Positions 53,755-63,177 of a stretch of DNA of 64,000 nt are shown here, piece after piece. The translations under genes were made by a program, and so were the position numbers. Numbering within the stretch: position 1 is the first letter of the stretch; the number at the start of each line of letters is the position of its first letter. A model generated the notes under the pieces. It did no database searches. It was given only the letters and a program-made list of their open reading frames with translations, and was not told the DNA's origin. The stretch comes from an uncultured Chloroflexia bacterium (GTDB lineage: Bacteria; Chloroflexota; Limnocylindria; Limnocylindrales; CSP1-4): assembly GCA_963748625.1 (NCBI GenBank), contig CAVVJT010000007.1, positions 768,001-832,000 of the forward strand, read 5' to 3'.

Positions 53755-54750
53755 ATGAAACTCGGCGCGCTGAACGAGGACATCGTCATCACGAGGTCCG
53801 GCTACACGTTGCCCTCGACGCTCTCGCTTCCGGCCAGCGATGGCGCCGCACCGTGCGTCGTGTTCTTCGCCGGGAGCGGGCCCACCGACCGCGACTGGAC
53901 ATCACCGCTGCTGCCGGGCAAGAACGGCAGCGGCGCGCAACTCGCGCTCGCGCTGCAGGCGCGGGGCGTCGGATCGATCCGCTTCGACAAGGTGGGCTCC
54001 GGCGTGAACATGCCGAGGAGCATGGCGCCCGCGGATCTGAAGATGCTCGATGTGCTGTCGCTCGCCCACTACGTCGACGAGGCTGTCGCCGCGTTCGACG
54101 AGCTCGCGAATCGTGACCGGTGCGGCACGATCTTCTTCCTCGGCCACAGCGAGGGATCGATCCACGCCTCGTCCGCGGCAATCGCGAAGCAGGCCGACCC
54201 TCGCTTCGGCGGCCTCATCAGCCTGTCCGGGCCCTCGCGATCGCTCCTCGACACGGCGATCGAACAGATCCGTGCGATGCGCATCAAGGTGGGGGCGGAC
54301 GCGGCCGTCGTGGACAGCGCGCTCGCGGACTTCCGCGCAGCCATGCTGAGCCCGGACGCACCGGCGCCCGACCTGTCCGCGATCCCCGAGGCCGCGGGCC
54401 TGTGGCAGGCGACCCATGCGCGAGGACAACAGGAGGTCGCGCGCGAGCTGATCCTCGCGGAGCCACTCGCGGCGCTGCACGCCTATCGCGGTCGCGCCCT
54501 CGTGGTCTCGGCTGCCAACGATGCCCAGGTACCCGGGTCCGATGCGGACAGGATCTTCGCGGCCCTGGGGAGCGACGTGACGAACAGGACGCGGGTGACG
54601 ATCGCCAACGCCAACCACGTCTACAAGTCGGAGACGCGGGCGCCGTCAGCGATCAGCCAGGGCGAGATCCTCGCTGGCTACGCGGACGACGACCACGCGC
54701 TTGCCGATGGTCTCGTCGACGCGATCGTGGGCTTCGTCACGGCGACGTAG
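53755..54750 (+). CDS. Alpha/beta hydrolase (serine aminopeptidase S33-like)
   Basis: GSGPTDRD, RFDK.G, GHSEG, DAQV, NHV motifs. Confidence 0.88.
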   Translation: MKLGALNEDIVITRSGYTLPSTLSLPASDGAAPCVVFFAGSGPTDRDWTSPLLPGKNGSGAQLALALQARGVGSIRFDKVGSGVNMPRSMAPADLKMLDVLSLAHYVDEAVAAFDELANRDRCGTIFFLGHSEGSIHASSAAIAKQADPRFGGLISLSGPSRSLLDTAIEQIRAMRIKVGADAAVVDSALADFRAAMLSPDAPAPDLSAIPEAAGLWQATHARGQQEVARELILAEPLAALHAYRGRALVVSAANDAQVPGSDADRIFAALGSDVTNRTRVTIANANHVYKSETRAPSAISQGEILAGYADDDHALADGLVDAIVGFVTAT

Positions 54751-54778
54751 TCGCGCGCCATCGGGTGGTGGAGGGATC

Positions 54779-54800
54779 TGGTCGGGGCGAGGGGGATCGA
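54779..54800 (-). mobile_element. att-like relic of a tRNA-Pro 3' end (copy A)
   Basis: Minus strand reads tcgatccccctcgccccgaCCA. Confidence 0.65.
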
Positions 54801-54931
54801 CCCGACGGAACCTACCTCATCGACGCGCTGTGACCGTTCCTGGATCGTCGGCGGGTCCCCTCCAATGCACGGCGCGGGCTGCGGCGTCGGCGGAGAGGCC
54901 CGCGCGATGACCCTGGCCTCGATGCTGCGAG

Positions 54932-54988
54932 TCAGGCCTTCGGCTTCGTGGTCTTCGGCTTCTTCGGGGTCTTTGCCTTCTTGTCCAC
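54932..54988 (-). CDS. 18-aa Lys/Pro-rich small peptide MDKKAKTPKKPKTTKPKA
   Basis: GAGGAG RBS 8 nt before GTG; all Lys codons are AAG. Confidence 0.5.
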   Translation of the reverse strand: MDKKAKTPKKPKTTKPKA

Positions 54989-55122
54989 TCTGGCATCTCC
55001 TCTCAAACGCACCACGTTCGTCGCGGCATGAACGGCGATAGTCGCCGACCTGCATCTTGCGCCCACCCTGCCAATCCCGCCCAGCACCGGCGACCAATCG
55101 TCCGCTCGCCAGCCCGCGTGCG

Positions 55123-55470
55123 TCAACCTCGGCCGAGGACCACGTCGATGCCGGCCAGGACGAGCTCGAGGCTCGAGGCGGACAGGCGCCCGGTGCGCTC
55201 CGTCAAGGCGGCCCTGTCCAGGGTCACGATCTGGGACACGTTCGCGACCGACGGCTTCGTCAGGCCGGTAGCGCGGGCGGGCAGCAGCACGCTGCTCGGC
55301 GCGTCGGCCCACCGCGTGTTGCTGGTGAGGGCCACACAGACAACGGTCCGTAGGTTGCTCGCGTTGAAAGCGTCGCCCTGGACGACGACGACGGGGCGGC
55401 GGAAGCCAGGCTCGGAGCCCGCGGGGTCGGCGAGGTCCGCCAACCAGACCTCTCCCCGGGCGATTACCAC
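55123..55470 (-). CDS. mazF: PemK/MazF family toxin
   Basis: RGEVWLADL..P.GSEPGFRRPVVVVQ, SVANVSQI motifs. Confidence 0.92.
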   Translation of the reverse strand: MVIARGEVWLADLADPAGSEPGFRRPVVVVQGDAFNASNLRTVVCVALTSNTRWADAPSSVLLPARATGLTKPSVANVSQIVTLDRAALTERTGRLSASSLELVLAGIDVVLGRG

Positions 55471-55650
55471 TCCGTCGACTCGAGCGTGCGCCGCGCGGAC
55501 CGGGCGGCGAAGTCAGCCGCATCCGGCTGGCCCACGTCCGCGATGACCGCGTCGAGGCCCACCGTCACCTCGTCGGGCGCGTGACGCGCGAGGTACTCGC
55601 GGAGAGCGGCGCTGTAGACCTCGGACCGCGAGCGGCGAGAGCGCTTCCCG
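55464..55650 (-). pseudogene. 5'-truncated RHH antitoxin of the MazF pair
   Basis: SRSEVYSAALREYLARH...EW overlaps the toxin start; the N-terminal beta-strand and start are missing. Confidence 0.7.
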
Positions 55651-55690
55651 GCATGGTGGCTGCCGGTGCACGTCTGGTGCGACGCGGGAC

Positions 55691-56104
55691 TCAGCCCGCT
55701 GCCTCGAGCTCCGCGAGGAACGCAGCGGGCCGGCGCACGGGGATCCGGTCCGCGAGGTCGGTCATGTGGGTGTCGCCGGACACGATGACCGCGCGTGCCG
55801 CGGTGGCGAGCGCGACCAGGTAATCGTCGTTGGGATCGCCAGACCGTATGGGCGGCGGGCCGGGCGGATCGAGCACGAGCTCCGCCGTCCTGCCGAGCAG
55901 GGTGACGAGCGCGTCGACATCGGCCGGGGGCACCAGGCGGGCGAGCTTCGGATAGCCGAGGGCTCGCCGCAGCTCGGCGAGGAGCAACGGCGAGACGACG
56001 AGCTCGAAGGCACCGTTGCGCCACGCCACGAGCAGCCGCCCGGGGGCGCCATGGGGGGAGAGGACAGCCGAGATCAGGACGTTGACGTCAAGGACGGCGC
56101 GCAC
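55691..56104 (-). CDS. PIN-family toxin (PIN_3-like)
   Basis: AVLDVNVLISA, EL, DPNDDY, IVSGD motifs. Confidence 0.9.
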   Translation of the reverse strand: MRAVLDVNVLISAVLSPHGAPGRLLVAWRNGAFELVVSPLLLAELRRALGYPKLARLVPPADVDALVTLLGRTAELVLDPPGPPPIRSGDPNDDYLVALATAARAVIVSGDTHMTDLADRIPVRRPAAFLAELEAAG

Positions 56105-56115
56105 GACAGCGCAGA

Positions 56116-56337
56116 TCAGGTGCGGGTAGCGTGCTGCGCCTCGAGTGCGAGGGCCATCGCCTCGTCCTCGGACAGGTCGTTGGCTGCCCACAGGCGGTCC
56201 AGGAGATCCAGGCCGAGGTCCCGGCGGAGCGCCTCCTCGATCACGTCGCTGTCGCCCTTGCCGAGTCGTGCGGCACGGATCTTCACCGCACGCAGCACCT
56301 CGGGATCGATCGTAAGGGTCGTCCGCACCTTCGTCAT
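56116..56337 (-). CDS. RHH antitoxin
   Basis: KVRTTLTID.EVLRAVK..AAR.G..DSDVIEEALR; inverted repeat cgcatca...tgatgcg upstream (56341-56362). Confidence 0.85.
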   Translation of the reverse strand: MTKVRTTLTIDPEVLRAVKIRAARLGKGDSDVIEEALRRDLGLDLLDRLWAANDLSEDEAMALALEAQHATRT

Positions 56338-56468
56338 GAGCGCATCATCGCATCTTGATGCGTTGGTGAGCAAGAGCCCGACACACCTCGGCCCGAACCC
56401 CGACGGAACCGACCTCATCGGAATCGACCGGGTACCCCAGTGCGAGCGCCATCCCCAGGCTAGCCGAG

Positions 56469-56561
56469 CTACAGCGCGGTGAGGATCGCGAGCACTGACG
56501 GCACGATGAAGATGGCCACGAACGCGGCCGTCAGGAGGGGCTCGCCAACGCGGCGGATCAT
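56469..56561 (-). CDS. Possible 30-aa hydrophobic single-TM peptide
   Basis: MIRRVGEPLLTAAFVAIFIVPSVLAILTAL; no clear RBS. Confidence 0.35.
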   Translation of the reverse strand: MIRRVGEPLLTAAFVAIFIVPSVLAILTAL

Positions 56562-56564
56562 CCA

Positions 56565-56576
56565 CGGGGCGAGAGG
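56565..56576 (-). mobile_element. att-like core relic (copy B)
   Basis: cggggcgagagg, identical to the core of the 60549 copy and in the same orientation. Confidence 0.5.
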
Positions 56577-56664
56577 CTTTGCGCCGAGACCAAGTACCAA
56601 CACGTGATCACGGCGTGGAACACACCGTGCGGGCGCCCGTGGCCGGTCCGGCCACCCGGCCTTG

Positions 56665-58437
56665 TCACCAGGGCCCTGAATCGAGCAACCTCATGAAGTT
56701 GCGCTTGCGTGCGTGGGCCGCCCGAACGCCCGCAAGGTACACCGGAAACACGTCACCGGATCCGGTTCTGTCCATCAGGTCCCGGATGTGTCCCAGCAGC
56801 TCGACCGCCGCCGCGTAGCCGTCGTTGGTCATCGTCTGCAGGAGGGCCTCCACCTCGCCCTGGTGGATGGGGATCGCGTCCGCAGGGTGGTCGATCTCCC
56901 GCCGTCGTGCCAGTTCCCGCCAGGCGGGCTCCGAACACCCCAGCGTCACGGCCTCCCGCCACGCGCTGTCCACGTCGCCCTCGAGCAGGAGCATCCGCAC
57001 GAGGGCGGTGCCATCCGCGGGGAGGTCCCAACGGTTCGCGGGTGGCCGGGCGTCCCGCTGCGCCTCGACAATGGACGCGCGAGCGGCGTCGAGGGCACGC
57101 GTCCGCCAGGCCGGCCACGCACCGGCGCGGCTCGCGTGGGCCCTGAGCGCGGCGAAGCCCTCGACGGTCGGCCGGACCTCGAACGGCGCCCAGGCGAGGG
57201 CGATCGCGTCGTCGTGGCGCCCCCGCTCGTGGTACCGGTCGGCCAGGAACTCGCGCAGGCGAGCGTCCGGCGGGTCCGGGAAGGCGCGGGTCCCCTGCTC
57301 GGCCCAGTCCAGCGCCTCCTCGTCCCGGCCGGCGTCCATGCACACCCGGGCGATGTCGAGGTACGCGTACGGGCTCGAGAGGTCGCGGGCCTTGACCGCG
57401 AGCAGCTCGTCGACGTCGCCGGTCGCCCGGGCGAGCGACTCCATGATCGAGGTGATCCGGAAGCGCCGGCCCTCGAATGACTGGCCGCCGCCGGATGCCG
57501 GACCCAGCGCCGGCACCCCGGCCCACACAGCCTCGGCCCGGCGCCGGTACTCCGCGAGGCCCGCCTCGCCGAGGACACCGGCATACACCTGCGCGGCGCC
57601 TGCGAACACGTCCCACCGGCCGTCGAGCTCCCAGGCGAAGAGGCGGCCGGCAAGCACGATCGGGTCCGGGCGTGCCACCTCGCACGCGGCCAGGTGCAGG
57701 TCCCCCACGCGCCCGAGGATGCCGCCCATCCCGCCGTCCGAGTCGTCGACGTGGTCCAGCGCGGCTTCGACACGCCGGAGGGCGTGCTCGGCGAGGTCGA
57801 TCACGGCGTCGGCCTGCCCGGCGCGCAGCAGGTCGTCGAGAAGGTCGATGGCATCGTGGATCCCCGACACGTAGCCGTACACGTCCGCGTAGCGGAGGTG
57901 GCGCGGGAGGCGGACCGCCTGGTCGATCGCCCGGCCGACCAGCGCGGCACCGGCGCCATCCGCCTCGGCCGCCGCCACGAGCAGCAGGAGGCGCTCGCGG
58001 AGCAGGTCGTCCCGCTCGGCCTGCGCGAGGACCAGGTCAACGAGGGCGTCGCGGTCCATCGCCGCGAGGTGGCTCCGGATGTCCTCGGTCGTGATCCTCG
58101 GCGGCCGGGCCCTCGCGCGGGCACGTGATCGGGAACCCGGGCCCTGGAGGCCCCTCGCCTGGCCAAGCCACGCGAGGCCGAGGGCGACCAGGTGCTTGCA
58201 GAAGGCGCCGGTCTCGCCCATCGGGCAGTCGCAGGTCCCGGTCAGGCCGTCGCTCCCGGCCGCGAGGACCACCCCGTAGTCGCGTGTGCCCTCGACGATC
58301 CCGGTGATGGCGGCGCCCTCCTCGGCGAGATCGGCCACGCGGCCCTCGTCCGCGTACTCGCGCCCGCGGACGAACGTGCGATCGCCGGCATGAAGGCGCA
58401 GGGCCTTGGGCGTGACGAGCTCCCGGAGGCTGCTCAT
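56665..58437 (-). CDS. SWIM zinc-finger protein with helical/TPR-like C-terminus
   Basis: RG.EY...G.V N-terminus and CDCP...FCKH SWIM motif. Confidence 0.88.
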   Translation of the reverse strand: MSSLRELVTPKALRLHAGDRTFVRGREYADEGRVADLAEEGAAITGIVEGTRDYGVVLAAGSDGLTGTCDCPMGETGAFCKHLVALGLAWLGQARGLQGPGSRSRARARARPPRITTEDIRSHLAAMDRDALVDLVLAQAERDDLLRERLLLLVAAAEADGAGAALVGRAIDQAVRLPRHLRYADVYGYVSGIHDAIDLLDDLLRAGQADAVIDLAEHALRRVEAALDHVDDSDGGMGGILGRVGDLHLAACEVARPDPIVLAGRLFAWELDGRWDVFAGAAQVYAGVLGEAGLAEYRRRAEAVWAGVPALGPASGGGQSFEGRRFRITSIMESLARATGDVDELLAVKARDLSSPYAYLDIARVCMDAGRDEEALDWAEQGTRAFPDPPDARLREFLADRYHERGRHDDAIALAWAPFEVRPTVEGFAALRAHASRAGAWPAWRTRALDAARASIVEAQRDARPPANRWDLPADGTALVRMLLLEGDVDSAWREAVTLGCSEPAWRELARRREIDHPADAIPIHQGEVEALLQTMTNDGYAAAVELLGHIRDLMDRTGSGDVFPVYLAGVRAAHARKRNFMRLLDSGPW

Positions 58438-58486
58438 GACGGGGAGGCCATGAGCCCTTGGAGCCGGATGGCCGCCAGCGACCCGA

Positions 58487-59383
58487 TCACGGTTGCCAGA
58501 TCCGGGTGGACGGGTCCCAGCGCAGACCCATCATGCCCGCGAGCACGGGCTCGAGGAATGCGATGAGCGCCGCGTGTGCCTCTCGCGTCGTCGGAGGGTC
58601 GAGCGCCATCTCCTTCCGCAGTGCCACGTACGGGCGGGCCCATGCCTCGGGTGGCTCCGTGAGCGCCGGCGGCCAGGCATGCGAGGCCCGACGCGCGAAG
58701 GTGGCCGTCGCGGCGTCGATGAGCGCATCGCTCGAGAACGCGTGGCGTTGCGCGAACCAGACCATGTCGGCGAGGTCCTTCGCCCGGGTGTTCTCGGTGT
58801 CGCGCGGGAGGGTGTAGGCGTGCAGCTTCTCCGCAAACTGCTGGGCGACCGGGTAGACCGGGAACCAGGCACGCTCGAACCCGAGGCGCTCGACGAGCGG
58901 GTCGCTCGGGTGGCGCTCGAGCGCGCCGGCCACCGCGTCCCGGGAGCTGATGTCCAGCTTGAAGCGCACGAGCTCGGCGCCGGCGACCCGGGCGACGACG
59001 ACGAACCGGAGGCCGCCGCCGGGCGGCCCGGGCAGGAGGCGCGGCGGGCCCGCCAGCTCATACGTGAAGGGGTCGTCGATGACGTGGCCGACGGCGGCCG
59101 CGATCATCCCGGCTGCCGTGTCGATGCCGGCGTCGATCCGCAGGTCCACGTCCTCGGTGAAGCGGGCCTCGCCCGGGTGCCGCAGCTGGTTCGCGTACCC
59201 GCCCTTGAGGACCCACGTCCCCCACGGTGTCGTCGCGAGCAGGCGCACGAGGAACCGGTCGATCGCGACCGTGAGGTGGACCCGCCGCACCGGCTCATCG
59301 CCCGCAGCGTCTCGGGCGACGTTGCGCATCCGCGCGAGGAGCGCCTGCCTCATGCCGAGCTCGGTGAGGCGCGGATCGGTCAC
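58487..59383 (-). CDS. abiEii: AbiEii/AbiGii nucleotidyltransferase toxin (type IV TA)
   Basis: WVLKGG, RFTEDVD, AEKLHA, RAKDLAD motifs; GTGA-coupled to the antitoxin. Confidence 0.9.
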   Translation of the reverse strand: MTDPRLTELGMRQALLARMRNVARDAAGDEPVRRVHLTVAIDRFLVRLLATTPWGTWVLKGGYANQLRHPGEARFTEDVDLRIDAGIDTAAGMIAAAVGHVIDDPFTYELAGPPRLLPGPPGGGLRFVVVARVAGAELVRFKLDISSRDAVAGALERHPSDPLVERLGFERAWFPVYPVAQQFAEKLHAYTLPRDTENTRAKDLADMVWFAQRHAFSSDALIDAATATFARRASHAWPPALTEPPEAWARPYVALRKEMALDPPTTREAHAALIAFLEPVLAGMMGLRWDPSTRIWQP

Positions 59384-59925
59384 GGGCGCGCGGTCGTGAA
59401 CGGGTACAGGCGCCGCAGCCGCGCGATGTCGTCGGCCGTGAGCAGGGCGCGCTCGTGTCCCTCCGCGAACGCGGCCAGCAGCTGGTCCGGGTCGGTACCG
59501 CCCTTCGCGCAGTCGGCGAGCGTCCGGGCGAACGACGTCACCCATACGCCGTCGCGCAGCACGCGCTCGGCAGGGCCGATGGCCGAACGGTGGATCGTGT
59601 AGCCGGGGCGCGGCTTGAGGCCCGAGCCAGGCGGGACGGTGATGTGGACCGTGCGCGGCAGGACATCGCTGACGCCGTAGAGCTCGAGGGCCGTGTCGTG
59701 GCTGAACGTGGCGGACGGCGCCTGGACCGAGAACGCGTAGAAGCCGTCGAGGTGGCTCGCGGGTGTCCCGGCTAGGCGGTAGACGCCGTGGGCGACCCGC
59801 TCGACGAGCCCGCGCCGGGCGCGGTCCACGAGGGCCCGCCGGCTGATCCCGGCGGCGGCGGCCTGCGCGGTGCTGAAGTAGCCGTGCTGGGCGGCGGCAA
59901 GGTGGAGTAGATCACTCTCTGCCAT
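59380..59925 (-). CDS. abiEi: AbiEi antitoxin (type IV TA)
   Basis: A..QHGYFSTAQA, RV.HGVYRL, SHDTAL, VTS.ARTLAD motifs. Confidence 0.9.
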   Translation of the reverse strand: MAESDLLHLAAAQHGYFSTAQAAAAGISRRALVDRARRGLVERVAHGVYRLAGTPASHLDGFYAFSVQAPSATFSHDTALELYGVSDVLPRTVHITVPPGSGLKPRPGYTIHRSAIGPAERVLRDGVWVTSFARTLADCAKGGTDPDQLLAAFAEGHERALLTADDIARLRRLYPFTTARP

Positions 59926-59931
59926 CACCGA

Positions 59932-59960
59932 ATGTTACGCACCACGTAACAATTGGTCAA
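59932..59960 (-). promoter_or_regulatory. abiE promoter with overlapping inverted-repeat operator
   Basis: TTGACC-17 nt-TAACAT-6 nt-ATG; palindrome tgttacg-cacca-cgtaaca at 59933-59951. Confidence 0.75.
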
Positions 59961-60015
59961 GCTCTTCGCATTGACTACTTCACCCGTCATCCCTGACCGG
60001 CTCGACGTGACCGTT

Positions 60016-60473
<458 letters not shown>

Positions 60474-60504
60474 GGCATGGCCGATGATCCCGCCCACTGC
60501 CCGG

Positions 60505-60537
60505 CAACAAAGAGCCGGACCGCGGTGGTCCGGCTCT
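60505..60537 (-). terminator. Intrinsic terminator just downstream of the tRNA 3'-end relic
   Basis: agagccggacc-5 nt-ggtccggctct hairpin followed by ttgttg on the minus strand. Confidence 0.75.
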
Positions 60538-60548
60538 GGTGTGGAGAC

Positions 60549-60567
60549 TGGTCGGGGCGAGAGGGAT
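60549..60567 (-). mobile_element. att-like relic of a tRNA-Pro 3' end (copy C); left boundary of an island extending rightwards
   Basis: Minus strand reads atccctctcgccccgaCCA, followed by a terminator. Confidence 0.72.
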
Positions 60568-60663
60568 AGCCCCTCCCTAACTCAGCGATCGCTCAGCTTC
60601 CTGATGGTCAACGCCACGCCGCGGCAGCCGCCGGTGCCCCTCGAGCTGGTCCGCAGCGCATGA
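60550..60663 (+). pseudogene. Orphan C-terminal tail GRGERDSPSLTQRSLSFLMVNATPRQPPVPLELVRSA* (putative split recombinase tail)
   Basis: Open frame runs through the att relic and ends in an ATGA overlap with the next gene. Confidence 0.5.
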
Positions 60664-60905
60664 CGCGACGGTCGTCCCGCTCCGCCGAGCGCGCCACCGA
60701 CCGCGAGGTCGGGGTGGTCGCGGCCGTCCTGGTCGCCGGGTCGGAGAAGGCCGCCGCCCACCGCCTCGGCCTGTCGCCCTCGACGGTGAAGCACCACCTG
60801 GCGAATGCGCGGTCCAAGGTGGGGGCGACGACGACGGCGCAGCTGGTGTGGATCCTCGCTCCTCGGTTGCCCGAGCCGGAGGGCATGGCCCAAACGGACG
60901 AATGA
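60660..60905 (+). CDS. Small stand-alone LuxR-type HTH protein
   Basis: TDRE..VV......SEKAAAHRLGLSPSTVKHHLANARSKVGATTTAQLV LuxR HTH pattern. Confidence 0.85.
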   Translation: MTRRSSRSAERATDREVGVVAAVLVAGSEKAAAHRLGLSPSTVKHHLANARSKVGATTTAQLVWILAPRLPEPEGMAQTDE

Positions 60906-61237
60906 CGGCAGCTCGAGGCGCGGTCGCGCTATCGGGACCGCGCGAACCAGTCGTAGATCGACGCGGGGCCGTTGTAGACGCCGCCAGCCCGAGTCCGCTG
61001 ACGGGTGACTTCTCGAGACCGGCGGCAAGAGTCGCTCAACTGTTGGTGACCCGTGTACAGGGTCCGTTGACGCTCAGACTCGCAAGAGTACAATGACCTG
61101 TATTCAACGGTCCATTTGGACCGTTCGCTGTCTCGAGCCCCGAGCGAGGTGCGAGGGCGATGCGTCGACTCCTGATTTCGCCCGTCGTCATGGCCTAGGC
61201 CCCCGCGAGAGGACCGCGAGAGAAAGGGTCAGTGCTC

Positions 61238-62017
61238 ATGGAGAAGGCAATCCGGTTCAGGATTTTGGGATCCCTCGCCGTTGCGGCGGCGCTGGCGCTC
61301 CCAACTGGACCGGCGATGGCTGCCGAGTCCAGCACGGCGCAGGCGTACACGTGCACCGGTGGCGACATCCCGTCAGGCAACTACCGCAGCATCACGGTCA
61401 CGGGCCCCTGCTCCGTACCGGCCGATGCCGTGATCAGCGTAGTCGGGAACGTGAACGTCAGGGCCGGTGCCCAACTAGACGCGCAAAGCGCGCCCTCGGC
61501 GATCACCGTCGGACGCAACGTCACCGCGGCTGCGGGCTCGCTGCTCGGCCTGGGCTGCCAGCCGCCCTCGCTCACCGGAAACTCGGCACATGAGTGTGCC
61601 GTCGATCCGGAAGGACACTCCACCATCATCGTCAACGGAAACGTCACGGCAACCGACGCCGCTGCCGTTCTGTTGAACGGGATTACGGTCGAGGGGAACG
61701 TCACCCTGATCGGGGGAGGCTCGGCGATCCCCTGGTCGATCAAGAACAACACGATCGACCGCAACCTCACGGTGGGGGGGCAGACGACCGATTGGCTCGG
61801 CGTGCTCTTCAACACGATCGGTGGGAACGCGACGTTGATCGGCGTGAAGGTGACCGACGTTCACCCGGGCGCACCCGGCGTCTACATCGTTCGCAACACG
61901 ATCGGGCGGAACCTCATCTGCTTGGGATTGACCCCGGGAGTATCCGGAGGTTTCGTCCCCGGCAGCGTCAACGTCGTCGGCCGTCACGCGATCGGTCAGT
62001 GCGCATCCCTGGTCTGA
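61238..62017 (+). CDS. Secreted hypothetical protein, beta-helix-like (GNV repeats)
   Basis: Signal peptide, repeated I/V.GNV and NTIG.N units, Cys pairs. Confidence 0.75.
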   Translation: MEKAIRFRILGSLAVAAALALPTGPAMAAESSTAQAYTCTGGDIPSGNYRSITVTGPCSVPADAVISVVGNVNVRAGAQLDAQSAPSAITVGRNVTAAAGSLLGLGCQPPSLTGNSAHECAVDPEGHSTIIVNGNVTATDAAAVLLNGITVEGNVTLIGGGSAIPWSIKNNTIDRNLTVGGQTTDWLGVLFNTIGGNATLIGVKVTDVHPGAPGVYIVRNTIGRNLICLGLTPGVSGGFVPGSVNVVGRHAIGQCASLV

Positions 62018-62106
62018 CCTCGTTGGTCTGACCTCGTTCGGGCCATGTCCGTCCGCCATCCTCTGGGCCCCCAGCGTGTGGCGGACGGCGCCCGGCCCCC
62101 AACCGG

Positions 62107-62234
62107 CCTCGACCGTGAAGCACCACCTGGCGAACGCGCGGTCCAAGGTGGGCGCGGAGACGACGGCGCAGCCGGTGTGGATCCTGGCGCCGCGGCTGCC
62201 CGAGCCCGAGGGTGTGGCCGAAGCGGACGAGTAG
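62107..62234 (+). repeat. 3' fragment copy 2 of the small HTH gene
   Basis: Aligns without gaps to 60778-60905 and ends at its own stop codon (TAG). Confidence 0.92.
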
Positions 62235-62528
62235 CAGCCTCCTTGACGCAGTCGTTGGGCTCCTGGTTTGGACCTCCACTATCGGACGTGGGCGGTGGTG
62301 ACTCCGCCGCCGGGAGTTCCGCCTCAGCGCGAGACGCGTCGCTGGCCACGCAGGCCGGTCGTGGCTCCGACCCACGGCCCCCGAGTACTTCGCCTATGGC
62401 GATCTTCGCTTGGGATTACGCGTCCACTTGGTCGACCTGGTTGCCGCAATGGGTCAATTGCACAGCTGACGCGATGGGACGATAGTTGGCGCCCGGCCTG
62501 CATGGTCATTGGAAGGAGCGTCCCGACA

Positions 62529-63002
62529 GTGTTCAAGATCAGCCAGGGCATGGAGATCGAGCGGCCCGCGGCGGTCGTGTGGCCGTACCTCGCCGCTCTC
62601 GAGCAGGTGCCCCTATGGGAGCACGGCATCCTGGACGTCAAGCAGATCGACCAGGGACCCCTCTTCGTCGGGATGCGGTTCACGGCCGGGCGGGTCTACG
62701 CAGGCAAGGCCACGCACCTCGATGGCGACGTTCGGATCGTCGAGGAAGGGCACTTCCTGACCGCGGCCCTCCGGGGTGGTCCTCACGTCGAGTCGATCGT
62801 GACCTATACGGTTGACCCTGTCGGGGAGGAGCGGTGCCGGGTCACCTACAGCGCGACGGGCCGCATGCGGTTCCCGCTGAATCTGCTGGACCCGATCTTC
62901 CCCGCGGTCGGTCGCGCAGAGACTCGCAAGAACCTCGCCCGGTTGCGCCGCCGGATCCTGGCCGGCGTCCCGGCGACCTCGAACACGCCGACGCCCGACT
63001 AG
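62529..63002 (+). CDS. SRPBCC (START-like) family protein
   Basis: AAGGAG RBS; IERPAAVVW.YLA.....P.W and NLARLR motifs. Confidence 0.8.
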   Translation: MFKISQGMEIERPAAVVWPYLAALEQVPLWEHGILDVKQIDQGPLFVGMRFTAGRVYAGKATHLDGDVRIVEEGHFLTAALRGGPHVESIVTYTVDPVGEERCRVTYSATGRMRFPLNLLDPIFPAVGRAETRKNLARLRRRILAGVPATSNTPTPD

Positions 63003-63006
63003 GGGA

Positions 63007-63177
63007 CGCCGGGTCGGAGAAGGCCGCGGCCCACCGCCTGGGCTTGTCGCACTCGACCGTGAAGCACCACCTGCGAATGCGCGGTCCAAGGTGGGCGCAG
63101 CCACGACGGCGCAACTGGTGTGGATCCTCGCCCCGCGCCTGCCCGAGCCCGAGGGCGTGGTCCAGACGGACGACTAA
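63007..63177 (+). repeat. 3' fragment copy 3 of the small HTH gene
   Basis: Aligns to 60734-60905 with a 1-nt deletion and ends at its own stop codon (TAA). Confidence 0.92.

Noticed and set aside
60549-60625. Intact tRNA gene
   Set aside because: Only the acceptor-side 3' end of about 19 nt matches; no GTTC T-loop, anticodon arm or D arm follows. The same applies to 54779.
60660-63177. CRISPR array or classical integron attC array
   Set aside because: The repeats are 128-171 bp protein-coding fragments with gene-sized spacers; no cas or intI gene and no attC-type RYYYAAC/GTTRRRY palindromic structure was seen.
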